Assembly (NCBI GenBank): GCA_047602735.1
Contig: JBLKOK010000001.1
Coordinates: 78,261 to 142,260, forward strand
Direction: 5' to 3'
DNA from: Candidatus Woesearchaeota archaeon
GTDB taxonomy: Archaea > Nanobdellota > Nanobdellia > Woesearchaeales > 21-14-0-10-32-9
Length of the DNA stretch: 64,000 nt
The notes under the pieces are model-generated. The model was not told the origin of the DNA. It made no database searches and saw nothing but the letters and a program-made list of their open reading frames with translations. Shown here in pieces: positions 45,855-56,676 of this stretch. The first letter of the stretch is position 1, and each line of letters begins with the position of its first letter. The position numbers and the translations under genes were made by a program.

Positions 45855-46970
45855 CTATGGCAGCCAACCATCAGGATTTTTAAGTTTATCAGGCAAATAA
45901 TCACTTACAACAAAATTTAATCCGTGCTTTGCAAGTGCTTGCTGCTCTGCTCTTTTACCTAATTTTGATTGTTCTTTTATAGCATCTTGCCACTCTTTAT
46001 GAGTTTTTACGAAAGGATCGTTTTTTAGAGCATCTTTTCCTCTTTTCATATCTATTTCCTTCATAGGATGAGTTGGAAGTTTATAATCTATTATATCTTG
46101 AGGCGTAATTCCAATAAACCTTGCTTTTGGAACACAAAAGAACTCATTTATGTGAGCAGCGTTACCACTTCCAACTTTTAAGGTTCTGTAAATATTAAAA
46201 TAACCATAAAAATCTCCATCTGTAAATACATATACAGGAATGTTTGCATGATCACTGAGTCTTCTAATAAATCTTCTACACGCCCTTGTTGGAACACCAC
46301 CCATACTTATTAGTATACAATGCTCTTTTTTCCAAAAACTGTGCTTATTTAATCTTTCAAACATACCATTTGTTTCTATAGCAATTATTGCTTTTGCCTT
46401 AGTCTCGAATTTTAAGTGTTCAACATCACTTGGAATACTATAAGATCCACTTCCAAACTTAGTACAATCAATTCTTAATTCTTCACCTGTGTTACTATCA
46501 ACATCAACAACTATTAACTCACCAGCAACACTTCCCCCGTGTTCATCTGCTATAAATCCTAGTTGTTCTCTGTTTACCTGAAACATAGCTTCAACGTCAT
46601 CCATAACCGCATCAGATTCGTTTTGTTCATTAAAACGAGCCTCTTCCCAGTTCTTTGATACATAATAAGCTTCTCTTTTTGTAGCAATATCTTTGCTATT
46701 AATAAGTTCTTTAGATAAAGCCATAAGTCTTAGAGTTTGAGCAAAACTTTTTACTGTGTTAGCAGTAAGAGTTCTTTTCTTTTTACTTCCTTTAAGCTGA
46801 AAAAAACCATCTTGCTTATTATACATAACATTACTTAAACTCCTTATAGGAGTTGAGAGTTCTGCTTTCTTTTTATCTTTAACATTCTTATAAATTCTAG
46901 CAGCTGTTTCTTGTATTTGTTTTAAAGCATCATTCATCTTTATCTTCCTCTTCATCTTTTTCTCTTCCAA
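45855..46970 (-). CDS. top6A: DNA topoisomerase VI subunit A (Spo11-like)
   Basis: Winged-helix region with the catalytic Tyr (REAYYVS) and Toprim IAIETNG / VFTDGDFYG. The start may be the internal MNDAL (46937), which would remove the 41-nt overlap with top6B. Confidence 0.9.
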   Translation of the reverse strand: MEEKKMKRKIKMNDALKQIQETAARIYKNVKDKKKAELSTPIRSLSNVMYNKQDGFFQLKGSKKKRTLTANTVKSFAQTLRLMALSKELINSKDIATKREAYYVSKNWEEARFNEQNESDAVMDDVEAMFQVNREQLGFIADEHGGSVAGELIVVDVDSNTGEELRIDCTKFGSGSYSIPSDVEHLKFETKAKAIIAIETNGMFERLNKHSFWKKEHCILISMGGVPTRACRRFIRRLSDHANIPVYVFTDGDFYGYFNIYRTLKVGSGNAAHINEFFCVPKARFIGITPQDIIDYKLPTHPMKEIDMKRGKDALKNDPFVKTHKEWQDAIKEQSKLGKRAEQQALAKHGLNFVVSDYLPDKLKNPDGWLP

Positions 46971-48591
46971 TACTTGCTAGAGATTCATCGTACTCTTGAT
47001 TTTTAGTAGGGTCAAATTCTATATTTTCTAGCTTACCCCTTCTTTTTTCTAATAAGAAAGATAAGTTTTCTTCAATATCTTTTTTCTCAAAATCAGAAAA
47101 CTCAATTATTTCTTTTAAAGCTTCACTTATATGAGGTATATAAGTTTCGATGTAGCTTCTTTTCTTCATCTCATCTTTTACTTTCCTTTTTTTGTTTAAG
47201 TACCTTCCAAGATCTCTTCCTGCTTCTTGTATAGCAAGCTTCATCTCTTTTATGATATCAGGATAATGAGCAATTGCTTCTTTTGCTTCTGATGTGAAAG
47301 GAACCCATACACTCGCAATATGAACAACTATTACTGCTGCTCCTTGAGGATTGTTATTTCCTGATTGTTGAAGACCATAAGACTTCCAATTTGTTTGACA
47401 AATAGCTTCATTAATTGCACACGAACCTTGTTGGTAAAGTAGAGGAACACGATTTGCAAACCTCATGACTTCAACGCTTCCTTCAGCAGGAATAGTTCCA
47501 CCATAAGCAATAGATACTTCTATTAAGAAAGGATTTCCTCTGTAAACATTAGGTGATCTTGAGACGCTTGAATAAAATTCTGCATTAACTTCTTTTTTCA
47601 AACCTTTTTCTAAAAGCTCAGCACCTATTGGGACAATACACTCAGTTGGAGGCATCATAATCTTTGTTTTTCTAATACCTTCAATTAGACGCTCAGCCAT
47701 ATCACGATTTACTTGTTTTGGCTTAGTCTTACTTAAAACTCCTGCATGTTCTAATATTTCTTCAGCAGTCCTATCCCCTACTCTTGTAAAATCTTCTTTA
47801 AAAAATTGCTTTATAGTAGTAGCTTTTGTTTGTTGAATCATCTTGATCAACATACCCATTTCTACACCATAAGGATGAGGTTTTATTTCTACTGGTTGAA
47901 CAGGCTTTTTTTCTGTAGCACGAACTAGCATTATTTGATCTCCTTTAGGAGGTTGATAAATTAAAGTTACGTGAGGATTGATAATCGCAGTTTCTCTTAT
48001 GTATTCATCAACGCTTTGTCTTCCTTTATTATAAGATGCTTCTAAGTCAATCTCTATTCTCGTCCCAGTTTCTTTAGACCAATTCTTAGTAGCTTCATTT
48101 ATTATTTCAGGATTATTTGTTTGAGTATTTATTTTAAGTTCGTAATAATTAGCAGGTTCATCTTCATGAATCTTAGATATTATCCTAGCAGGCTTACCTG
48201 TTGTTAGTTGACCATACATAACCGCAGCACTTATACCTATACCTTGTTGTCCACGCTGCATTTTCATCTTATGAAACTTAGAACCATACAAAAGCTTTGC
48301 AAAGATTTTAGGAATTTGCTCTTTTATGATACCCGGACCATTATCCTCAATAGCTACTCTGTATCTGTCATTGCCCATATCTATTATTTCAACTATTATC
48401 TCAGGCAAAATTTCTGCTTCTTCACAAGCATCTAAAGAGTTATCAACTGCTTCTTTTATTGTTGTTAAAAGTGCTTTTCTTTTATTATCAAAACCAAGTA
48501 AATGTCTGTTTCTTTCAAAAAATTCAGCAATGCTAATTTCTCTTTGACCCTTAGCCATTTCATGCGCTTTAGAAGTATTTTGATTAGCCAT
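46930..48591 (-). CDS. top6B: DNA topoisomerase VI subunit B (GHKL ATPase)
   Basis: Bergerat fold motifs [15 protein letters not shown] and GQQGIGISA. Confidence 0.9.
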   Translation of the reverse strand: MANQNTSKAHEMAKGQREISIAEFFERNRHLLGFDNKRKALLTTIKEAVDNSLDACEEAEILPEIIVEIIDMGNDRYRVAIEDNGPGIIKEQIPKIFAKLLYGSKFHKMKMQRGQQGIGISAAVMYGQLTTGKPARIISKIHEDEPANYYELKINTQTNNPEIINEATKNWSKETGTRIEIDLEASYNKGRQSVDEYIRETAIINPHVTLIYQPPKGDQIMLVRATEKKPVQPVEIKPHPYGVEMGMLIKMIQQTKATTIKQFFKEDFTRVGDRTAEEILEHAGVLSKTKPKQVNRDMAERLIEGIRKTKIMMPPTECIVPIGAELLEKGLKKEVNAEFYSSVSRSPNVYRGNPFLIEVSIAYGGTIPAEGSVEVMRFANRVPLLYQQGSCAINEAICQTNWKSYGLQQSGNNNPQGAAVIVVHIASVWVPFTSEAKEAIAHYPDIIKEMKLAIQEAGRDLGRYLNKKRKVKDEMKKRSYIETYIPHISEALKEIIEFSDFEKKDIEENLSFLLEKRRGKLENIEFDPTKNQEYDESLASIGREKDEEEDKDE

Positions 48592-48675
48592 AAAAAAAAT
48601 AATGTTTGAAAGTCCTTAATAAATCTTTCTGATAACCAAAAATATTTAAGTAACTAAAAAATAAACAATTACTAT

Positions 48676-49089
48676 ATGGGTAGGGAGCTTGAAAAATATA
48701 TAAAAAGTAGTTTAAGAAACGGAGTGAATGAACAAACCTTAAGGTACAATCTTGAAGCAGCAGGTTGGAGTCAAGATCAAATAAATAAAGGCTTTGCTAA
48801 AGCAAGAAGAAATAATTCTAAGGTCGTACTAGGATTATTTGTCACAGTTTTAATTATAGCACTAGGAACTTCTTTTGCATTTTTTTACTCAAGCTTAACC
48901 AATATAGGAACTCCTACTAACGGTGTAGCTGAACTTTCTAGTTGCGAAATACTACCGAACGGAGAAGTAAAAATAGATTGCTATAGTCAAAAAGTAAGAG
49001 AAAGTTATAATTGCGAAGATATAACCTCACAAATGGAGAGGCTTTATTGTCTTAGAGCTTTAGAGAATTATTATTTACAGCAAGTGTAA
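48676..49089 (+). CDS. Hypothetical single-pass membrane protein with a Cys-containing ectodomain
   Basis: ORF with a central TM (VVLGLFVTVLIIALGTSFAFF) and 4 Cys after the TM. Confidence 0.5.
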   Translation: MGRELEKYIKSSLRNGVNEQTLRYNLEAAGWSQDQINKGFAKARRNNSKVVLGLFVTVLIIALGTSFAFFYSSLTNIGTPTNGVAELSSCEILPNGEVKIDCYSQKVRESYNCEDITSQMERLYCLRALENYYLQQV

Positions 49090-49094
49090 AGAAA

Positions 49095-49634
49095 TTACCA
49101 GTCTTCTAATTCTCTTTGTTTTAATCTCACACGGTTTTTTTCTAAGAACCTATAAACATTACTATGAGGACTTCCTTGAAGCAATGATTCAACTGCTTGC
49201 TTTGCACTAACAACGTTTTCAGACCTACCAATAATCGCGATAGTTTTACCATATACACTGATAAAAGTATCAGTTAAAGATTCAATTGTTTGTCTACTTT
49301 TTCCTTTAGCCCCAATAACCCTTCCTTTAATTCTTTCAAGATGATTCTTATTTTTTATGTAATCAAGTAAAGGAATAATATCTAAAACATAATCTTGTTT
49401 TAATAATAATTGAGCAATGTCAGGATTAAAACCACGAGAAATTCCAAGTATTACTTCTTTTAAAGCATATAGATTTAAGCTATTTTCACCTTTGAGCTTT
49501 ACATCACCTTCTTTGCTGTCAATATCTATGTTTATTCCAGTTAGGAGTTCTAACTCTTCTTTAACAGCACCCTCTTTACCAATTAATACAGCAATTCTAT
49601 CTTTTGGTATTTTTAATTCGTAATTAAACTCCAT
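49095..49634 (-). CDS. KH-domain RNA-binding protein (archaeal Dim2/Pno1-like)
   Basis: Two KH GxxG motifs: IGKEGAVK and IGAKGKSR. Confidence 0.8.
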   Translation of the reverse strand: MEFNYELKIPKDRIAVLIGKEGAVKEELELLTGINIDIDSKEGDVKLKGENSLNLYALKEVILGISRGFNPDIAQLLLKQDYVLDIIPLLDYIKNKNHLERIKGRVIGAKGKSRQTIESLTDTFISVYGKTIAIIGRSENVVSAKQAVESLLQGSPHSNVYRFLEKNRVRLKQRELEDW

Positions 49635-49660
49635 AAATAAAAAGAATACGTGTTTTATAT

Positions 49661-50380
49661 TTAAACGTTTACCCTAACTTTTGCTAAGTGATCTAATATT
49701 TCAGGTAGAATGTCTCTGACTTTCATGTGCTTTGAAAAAAACCTTATGATGTTTTTAACATCTCTTTCTAGCAGTTCTTTAGCATTATAAGCTTTTATAG
49801 TGGTTGATTGACTCATATCAATAAATACCGGCTCACCATCATCGTTTAATATGTTAAATTCTGATAAGTCCCCATGCACTAAACCTGCATCTAATAATTT
49901 TTTTATGCAACTAACTGTTTTTTCAAAGAATTCCTCTATGTCATCAGGTACATCGTTTTTTAGTTGATTAGCAGGATCACCAATCATCTCCATTATTAAG
50001 ATATTGTCTTTGAATGCGTGAGGAGTTGGAACTTTTATTTTTTCTCTTCCAGTAATAAGGTTTCTGTACTCTCTTTGAACCCACGAAAATATTACTTTTC
50101 TTTTTTGATTTTCAAGACCTATAAACCTAGGATCGTTACTTATATAATTAAACATCTGGTTAAAATTACAATTTTCAAGACGATAAATTTTAACTATTAC
50201 ATGATCATCTCCTTTTTCAGCAATGAAGATGTTAGCTTCTTTTCCAAGAGCTAAAGGAGTTATAAGTCTTGTAAAGTATCCTTTGTTTGATAATGTGAAA
50301 AGATTTCTCTCAGTGAAACTATCAAATACGTTTTTATACGTTTTCCACTCTTCTCTTCCTTTACGAGATTTTCTAACCAT
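49661..50380 (-). CDS. RIO-type serine kinase (Rio1-like)
   Basis: GKEANIFIA, VKIYR and LVHGDLSEFNIL. Confidence 0.85.
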   Translation of the reverse strand: MVRKSRKGREEWKTYKNVFDSFTERNLFTLSNKGYFTRLITPLALGKEANIFIAEKGDDHVIVKIYRLENCNFNQMFNYISNDPRFIGLENQKRKVIFSWVQREYRNLITGREKIKVPTPHAFKDNILIMEMIGDPANQLKNDVPDDIEEFFEKTVSCIKKLLDAGLVHGDLSEFNILNDDGEPVFIDMSQSTTIKAYNAKELLERDVKNIIRFFSKHMKVRDILPEILDHLAKVRVNV

Positions 50381-50456
50381 TATGAATTGTTAATATTACC
50401 TTATATTAATAGTTAATCAAGTAATATTTAAATAAAGAAAGGTTTTCTAGAATGAT

Positions 50457-51920
50457 ATGAGTTTAAACGTTGAAGAAATGGCATCTTTTTGTAAAAGAAA
50501 AGGAATAATTTATCCAAGCTCAGAGATCTATGGAGGATTATCTGGATTTTTTAATTACGGACCATATGGCTCAGAGATAAAAAAGAATGTTATTGAAAAT
50601 TGGTGGAAGTATTGGGTTAGAAACAGAGAAGATATCGTGGGAATAGATGGTAGCATAATTGCTAATCCAAAAGTATGGAAAGCATCAGGACACGTAGACG
50701 GATTTTCAGATTTAATACTTGAAACAGAAGATGGTCAAGAACAACTAAGAGCAGATCACTTCTTAGAAGATAAACTAGGAGGATTGTTTGATGGAGTAAC
50801 TCCAGAAGAAGTTGATGAGCTTGTAAAAAAGAATAACTTAACTTATAATGGTAAGAAGCTAAAAAGTTGTGTTTCTTTTAACATGATGTTTACTACAAAT
50901 ATAGGACCAAAATCAGGAAACGTTGCTTATCTTAGACCAGAAACAGCACAAATAATTTTTACAGATTTTAAATTAATACAAGAAAATGCTAGACTAAAAC
51001 TTCCGTTTGGAATAGCTCAAGTAGGAAAAGCATTTAGAAACGAGATCAGCCCGAGAAACTTTATTTTTAGAAGTAGAGAATTTGAACAAATGGAGATTGA
51101 ATATTTTATTCACCCAGAAAAAAGAAGCTGTCCTTTCATAAAAGAAGTTGAAGACGTAAAACTTAATGTTTTAAGCTCAGCTATGCAAGGAAAAGGAGAA
51201 AAATCAAAGATTTATACTGTTAAAGAAGTTATTGAAAAAAACATCATACAAGAATGGCATGCTTATTTTTTAGCAAAGAACCTTAATTGGTTTGTTAGTC
51301 TTGGATGTAACCCAGAAAACTTTAGGGTTAGACAACACCTAGAAAACGAGCTTGCACATTATTCAAGTGATTGTTGGGATTTAGAATATAATTATCCTTT
51401 TGGATGGAAAGAACTTCAAGGAGTTGCAGATAGAAGCGATTATGATTTAACAAAACACATAGATCATAGTAAAAAAGACTTGTCTTTGTATGATGAGGAA
51501 GATAAGAAAAAGATTGTTCCTCACGTTATAGCAGAACCAAGTCTTGGAGTAGATAGAGCAATACTTGTTTTAATGTATGAAGCATATAACGATGATAAAC
51601 AAAGAGGAAACATCGTACTACATTTAAATCCAAAGATTGCACCTATACAAGTAGCAGTGCTTCCATTAACAAAGAAGCTTGATGAGCAAGCAAGAAAAGT
51701 GTTTGAAGATTTAAGAGAAGATTTTACTTGCTTTTATGATAATAGTGCAAGTATTGGTAGAAGATATGCAAGGATGGATGAGATTGGAACCCCGTTTTGT
51801 GTAACATTTGACTTTGATAGCTTAGAAGATGAAAGCGTAACTATCAGGCACAGAGATTCTACTGATCAAGAACGAGTTAAAATAAAAGATTTAAAGATGC
51901 ATATCTTAAAAAATATTTAA
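50457..51920 (+). CDS. glyS: Glycyl-tRNA synthetase (alpha2 archaeal/eukaryotic type)
   Basis: RKGIIYPSSEIYGGLSGFFNYGPYG, YLRPETAQ, FRNEISPR and EPSLGVDR. Confidence 0.9.
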   Translation: MSLNVEEMASFCKRKGIIYPSSEIYGGLSGFFNYGPYGSEIKKNVIENWWKYWVRNREDIVGIDGSIIANPKVWKASGHVDGFSDLILETEDGQEQLRADHFLEDKLGGLFDGVTPEEVDELVKKNNLTYNGKKLKSCVSFNMMFTTNIGPKSGNVAYLRPETAQIIFTDFKLIQENARLKLPFGIAQVGKAFRNEISPRNFIFRSREFEQMEIEYFIHPEKRSCPFIKEVEDVKLNVLSSAMQGKGEKSKIYTVKEVIEKNIIQEWHAYFLAKNLNWFVSLGCNPENFRVRQHLENELAHYSSDCWDLEYNYPFGWKELQGVADRSDYDLTKHIDHSKKDLSLYDEEDKKKIVPHVIAEPSLGVDRAILVLMYEAYNDDKQRGNIVLHLNPKIAPIQVAVLPLTKKLDEQARKVFEDLREDFTCFYDNSASIGRRYARMDEIGTPFCVTFDFDSLEDESVTIRHRDSTDQERVKIKDLKMHILKNI

Positions 51921-52363
51921 CTAATTATTTTTTTATTTCTTAAAATGTTTGTAGTTAAACCCACTTCGTCAGCTAAATTTTTATAAGATAATACTTTGAA
52001 TAAGAATAAATCATGATCTAAACCTTTTGATTTAGATAATAATTCTAATTCAACTATAGCGTTACAACCCTCAATGTATTTTAGTCCTTTATACTCTTTA
52101 ATAGGTAAATTTTTTAGTTTACCAGGACCTTTTTTGTAACCAAGTTTTCTTACATATTTAGCTTGAGAGCTAGTTAAGTATTGTAAAAGACATCTTTTTG
52201 ATAAGTTGTCATAAGTATATGTGCCTTTGTATATTGCAATTAGTATTGCTTTAGGTTTTAAACTAATAGGAGTTACATAAGTACATATATTCATATTAGG
52301 CTCATTTTTGTCTGTATACAAACTATATACTTGTTCATCTACTCTGTTCCAAGGTCTTTTCAT
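51917..52363 (-). CDS. Flavin reductase-like (FMN-binding split-barrel) protein
   Basis: The size and the pattern NMNICTYVTPISLKPKAILIAI resemble the flavin reductase domain. It has a 4-nt overlap with the photolyase-related gene. Confidence 0.45.
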   Translation of the reverse strand: MKRPWNRVDEQVYSLYTDKNEPNMNICTYVTPISLKPKAILIAIYKGTYTYDNLSKRCLLQYLTSSQAKYVRKLGYKKGPGKLKNLPIKEYKGLKYIEGCNAIVELELLSKSKGLDHDLFLFKVLSYKNLADEVGLTTNILRNKKIIS

Positions 52364-53811
52364 ATAGTTTTTAGAAATTCTTCAGCTTTATTTAAAATAT
52401 GTTTTTTTCTATCTTCTTTAAGTTTATCAAACATAGCAACCATGACGGCCATCCTAGGATTTTTTTTGAAGAACTCTCTTTTTTTATCAATGAACCTCCA
52501 ATAAAGACCATCCCATATATCTTGCCAATCCCCCTTTTCATAATCTGACATTTTCATTAAATAAGCACTTCCACTAATATAGGGCTTTGTAGCAAAAGAA
52601 TCATCAGCAAACTGACCCATACCATAAACATTTGGAACCATGACCCAATCACTACTATCAACGTAGAGCTCCATGAACCACTTATATACCTCGTCTGGGT
52701 CTATTTCACAAAGTAACATGAAGTTACTCAACACCATTAACCTTTCTATGTGATGAGTATAACCATATTTAATAACTGTTTTTATAGTATGATCTACAGG
52801 CAAAATACCTGTGGACGCGTCATAAAACTTGCTTGATAATTTCTTTTTATGATTAAAAAAATTCTTGTTGTATTCAATGTTATTATAACATCCTCTAACA
52901 AACTCTCTCCAACCAATTATTTGTCTTATGAAACCTTCTTTACTTGAGAAATTAACATCTTTAGCTAATGCCTTATCAACAACTTCTTTAGGTGTTAAAA
53001 GCCCAAGATTTAACATAGGACTTAAAACACTATGAAATAAAAATGCTTCTTTTGTTGAAATAGCATCTTCATAAGGACCAAAGTCATCAAATCTTTTTTC
53101 TAAGAATTCATCAAGCCAAATTAATGCATCTTTTCTTTTAACAGGTAAAAAAAAGTTTTCAGAATCACCTATGTGATCTTTAAAAATATTATTAACTAAT
53201 TCTGATACTTCTAAAACATGATTTGTTTTTTTAGGAAAAGAAATACTTGGAATTGCTATTTCTTTTGGTAATGGTTTTCTGTTTTCTTTATCAAAACTCC
53301 ACTTTCCATTTAGAGGCCCACCGGTTTTGTTTATTAAAATGTTTAATCTTTTTCTTTGCCATATATAAAAAGAATTCATAAAAAAAGAATTATTACTTTC
53401 TTTCAAATAGTCTTTAAATTCTTGTTTAGATGTCAAAAACGCTTTACTTCTTATTATTTCTAATTCAAAATCGTTTTTTTTACAAAAATCAACTATTATC
53501 TTCTCAAAAAACTTATCTTCAATTTCGTAAGTAATTAATTTCTTTAGATTAAACTCAGTCATGGTTTCTAATAATCTGTGAGTATAACTTTTTTCATCTA
53601 ATTCAAAATAAACTACTTCATTTGATTTTTTTAACTCATCTCTATGATGCCTCATAGCAGATAAGAAAAGAATTATTTTATGTTTATGATACTTAAAATG
53701 AGTGCAAAGATTCTTATCTTCTTTCATAAAAAAAAGAGTCTTACCATCATCTAACTCATCATGATTTTCAAACAAACAATTTCCTAGAATTATAGCTAAT
53801 CTTTCATACAT
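52360..53811 (-). CDS. Cryptochrome/photolyase-family protein (COG3046 photolyase-related type)
   Basis: The N-terminal LAIILGNCLF... and C-terminal HIERLMVLSNFML, WFMELYVDSSDWVMVPNVYGM and KPYISGSAYLMKMSDY are typical of this family. Confidence 0.75.
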   Translation of the reverse strand: MYERLAIILGNCLFENHDELDDGKTLFFMKEDKNLCTHFKYHKHKIILFLSAMRHHRDELKKSNEVVYFELDEKSYTHRLLETMTEFNLKKLITYEIEDKFFEKIIVDFCKKNDFELEIIRSKAFLTSKQEFKDYLKESNNSFFMNSFYIWQRKRLNILINKTGGPLNGKWSFDKENRKPLPKEIAIPSISFPKKTNHVLEVSELVNNIFKDHIGDSENFFLPVKRKDALIWLDEFLEKRFDDFGPYEDAISTKEAFLFHSVLSPMLNLGLLTPKEVVDKALAKDVNFSSKEGFIRQIIGWREFVRGCYNNIEYNKNFFNHKKKLSSKFYDASTGILPVDHTIKTVIKYGYTHHIERLMVLSNFMLLCEIDPDEVYKWFMELYVDSSDWVMVPNVYGMGQFADDSFATKPYISGSAYLMKMSDYEKGDWQDIWDGLYWRFIDKKREFFKKNPRMAVMVAMFDKLKEDRKKHILNKAEEFLKTI

Positions 53812-53817
53812 TTTATT

Positions 53818-55233
53818 TTAATATTCTTCAATTAGCTTCTTTGCTCTCTTTACTATGTCTTTTGCAGTTAAACCATATTTTTTGTATAACTTTTCATAAG
53901 GCCCTGATTCTCCAAATTTGTCTTCGACACCTATAATTTTTAGGTGAGCAGTACTTTTTTGAGCAAGTAATTCAGCTACTGCTCCTCCAAGGCCTCCTGT
54001 GATTTGATGATCTTCAATAGTTATAACAAGGTCAGTTTTTTTAGCACTTTCAAGAATAGTTTTTTCATCTAAAGGCTTTATTGTATGACAATTTATTACT
54101 TCAGCATCAATACCTAGGTCTTCTAATAAATTTGCAGCTTCTAAGGCTTCATGAACACAAGGACCAACCGCGATTAATGTTATGTGATCTCCTTTTCTTA
54201 AGATGTTTGCTTTACCAACTTTAAACTCAGAGCTTGGAGTTGTTATTCTTTTTACGCTTTGACGATTTAATCTAAGATAAACAGGCTTATTTATTTTTGA
54301 AATGGCAATTGTTGCTTTTGTAGCTTCTAAATCATCACAAGGCTGAATTACTATCATGTTAGGAAGTGATCTCATCAAGGCTATATCTTCAAGCATTTGA
54401 TGAGTAGCACCGTCTTCTCCAACTCCTAAACCTGAATGAGTACTACATATTTTTACTGGTTGATCGTTATAACAAATAGTTGTTCTTATTTGCTCGAAGT
54501 TTCTTCCAGGACTAAATGCAGCAAAAGTTGTAGCATAAGGTATTTTTTTGGTGTGAGCAAGACCACTTGCAACAGTTACTAAGTTTTGTTCAGCTACACC
54601 TACTTGGAAAAATCTTTCAGGATATTTTTTTGCAAAACTTGCTACGTTTGTAGATCCACCAAGATCAGCAGTTAGTGCTACAACGTTTTTATTTGTACTA
54701 CCAAGCTCTAATAATCCTCTTCCAAAGCCAGCTCTAGTTGAATCTTTTCCAACTATTTTTTGTAAACTAGTCATAGAAACTCCTAGTTCTAATAGTTCTT
54801 TTTTTGAAATACCAGGAAGAGATTTTTGGTATCTGTTAAGAATTGATTGTTTTAATGAAGATAGAGACTTAGTTGAGCTTTTGTTAATGTCTTGTTTAGA
54901 TATTTTTGTGTACGGCAATTTTTCTTTTACGTCTAAACATTTAAATTTTAAGATGTTGTCTGCATCAAGTAACGGTAATTTTTCTTCGTCTTTTGTAAAA
55001 TATCCGTGTTCTAATAATTTCATTATTAAATAAGTGTTATTTTTTTTATGAAATGATTGCTGTAAATTGAAATGAGTTAGCTCTTCTTGTTCTTTAAAAA
55101 AATCAAATTCTTTAGGAGTTACTCTTATTATTCCATCTGCTTTTTGTTGTTTTAAAAATAGTTTTTTATCTAAACTTTTTGTTTCTCCTTTTTGTTTTAC
55201 TAATAATTCATCGGTGTTTTTTGAACGTTTCAT
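53818..55233 (-). CDS. Transketolase C-terminal subunit (Pyr and C-terminal domains) with an unusual N-terminal extension of about 153 aa
   Basis: From MTSLQKIVGKDSTRAGFGRGLLELG onward it is a canonical TktC (VGVAEQN, GATHQ). The upstream 153 codons are open and the first ATG overlaps the tktN stop (ATGA). Confidence 0.85.
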   Translation of the reverse strand: MKRSKNTDELLVKQKGETKSLDKKLFLKQQKADGIIRVTPKEFDFFKEQEELTHFNLQQSFHKKNNTYLIMKLLEHGYFTKDEEKLPLLDADNILKFKCLDVKEKLPYTKISKQDINKSSTKSLSSLKQSILNRYQKSLPGISKKELLELGVSMTSLQKIVGKDSTRAGFGRGLLELGSTNKNVVALTADLGGSTNVASFAKKYPERFFQVGVAEQNLVTVASGLAHTKKIPYATTFAAFSPGRNFEQIRTTICYNDQPVKICSTHSGLGVGEDGATHQMLEDIALMRSLPNMIVIQPCDDLEATKATIAISKINKPVYLRLNRQSVKRITTPSSEFKVGKANILRKGDHITLIAVGPCVHEALEAANLLEDLGIDAEVINCHTIKPLDEKTILESAKKTDLVITIEDHQITGGLGGAVAELLAQKSTAHLKIIGVEDKFGESGPYEKLYKKYGLTAKDIVKRAKKLIEEY

Positions 55234-56030
55234 TTAAGTTCCTCCAATGCTTTTTTTAACTCTTCATCATTTGGAGTTTTGCCGTGCCACTTGTAATCAT
55301 TTTCCATAAAACTAACTCCTTTTCCAGGAGTTGTATTTGCAACTATTACACAAGGCTTATCTTTTATTTTAGAAGCATTGTTTAATGCTCGCTCTATTTC
55401 TTTAAAATTATTACCGTTAATTTCTTGTACGTGCCAATTGAAAGATTTGTATTTGTCCGCAAGGCTTCCAAGAGGTAATACTTCTTCGGTATTACCATCT
55501 ATTTGTATGAAGTTTCTATCAATTATAACTATAAGGTTGTTTAATTTGTATTTGGCTGCAAATAATACTGCTTCCCAAGTATTTCCTTCTTGATGTTCAC
55601 CGTCACTTGTTATACAAACTACTTTGTTGTTTAACTTATCTAATCTAAGACCAAGCGCTATTCCTGCTGCTTGACTAATTCCACTTCCTAGAGGACCAGA
55701 AGTTGTTTCAATACCTGGAAGAGCAGTTCTGTGAGGATGTCCTTGAAGAGGACTTCCAAGTTTTCTTAAAGTGTTAAGTTTAGCTTTGTTAAAAAAACCT
55801 TTATGAGCTAAAACAGTGTATTGAACGGGACATATATGTCCATTGCTTAAAATTAAGTAATCTCTTTTTTTATCTAATGGCTTTTTTGGATTTATTTTTA
55901 AGAACTTAAAATATAGATATGTGAATATTTCAACCATACCTAAAGGACCTGCAGTATGTCCGCTGCCTGCTTTATTTAACATTTTAAGCATGTCACTTCT
56001 TATTTCTTTAGCTTTTTTTACAAGATCCAT
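55230..56030 (-). CDS. Transketolase N-terminal (TPP-binding) subunit
   Basis: GSGHTAGPLG, LSNGH and GSLGQ-like GPLGSGISQAAG; DGEHQEGNTWEA. Confidence 0.9.
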   Translation of the reverse strand: MDLVKKAKEIRSDMLKMLNKAGSGHTAGPLGMVEIFTYLYFKFLKINPKKPLDKKRDYLILSNGHICPVQYTVLAHKGFFNKAKLNTLRKLGSPLQGHPHRTALPGIETTSGPLGSGISQAAGIALGLRLDKLNNKVVCITSDGEHQEGNTWEAVLFAAKYKLNNLIVIIDRNFIQIDGNTEEVLPLGSLADKYKSFNWHVQEINGNNFKEIERALNNASKIKDKPCVIVANTTPGKGVSFMENDYKWHGKTPNDEELKKALEELK

Positions 56031-56622
56031 TTCCCACCAACTTTTTGTATTGTTCTTTCATATTTTTTGATTTCGTTATAAAAGAACCTACACATACAAA
56101 ATCTAAACCTCTTAATAAATGTATGTTCTCACTATTTACTCCTCCATCAACACCTATGACTAATGAAGGATTTTGTTTTTTGAATAAAAATACTTTATCA
56201 ATAACTTCTTCTAAGAAAACCTGCCCTTGCCTTCCAGGATTAACCGTTAAGAACAAGTAACGATTAGCACCTTTAACTATAACAGGCTTTGTTCTTGGAT
56301 TAAAAGCTATACAAACTTCAAATCCTAAAGAATTTGCTTTTAAAATCGCTTTATTAACATCTTTTGTGGATTCAAAATGAATTATTATCCTCTTGAAACC
56401 TTTTTGTTTTAATACTTCAAAATACTTTTCTGGCTCTTCGACCATTAAATGAGCTTCAAAAAAACCATTTAGCACTGGTAAATCAGCAGGAATTATACTT
56501 TTTGTATCAACAAATATTCCATCCATAAAATCTATTTGTATCACTTCACAAAAACCTAACTCTTCTAATTGAGAAGATAATTCATCTAATTTATTTGTTA
56601 AAATAGCAGGTATTACATCCAT
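56008..56622 (-). CDS. rpe: Ribulose-phosphate 3-epimerase-like TIM-barrel protein
   Basis: IDFMDGIFV, EAHLMV, VNPGRQGQ and GVDGGVN. It forms an operon with the split transketolase. Confidence 0.7.
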   Translation of the reverse strand: MDVIPAILTNKLDELSSQLEELGFCEVIQIDFMDGIFVDTKSIIPADLPVLNGFFEAHLMVEEPEKYFEVLKQKGFKRIIIHFESTKDVNKAILKANSLGFEVCIAFNPRTKPVIVKGANRYLFLTVNPGRQGQVFLEEVIDKVFLFKKQNPSLVIGVDGGVNSENIHLLRGLDFVCVGSFITKSKNMKEQYKKLVGNGSCKKS

Positions 56623-56676
56623 TTAACTAAATAATAGTCCGATACTTTTAAATAAGTTTCTTTCCATAATTAATAT

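Noticed and set aside
46930-46970. The 41-nt top6B/top6A overlap as evidence of a frameshift or fusion
   Set aside because: top6A has in-frame alternative starts (M6 at 46955 and M12 at 46937). Using MNDALKQ removes the overlap, so this is an ordinary start-site ambiguity.
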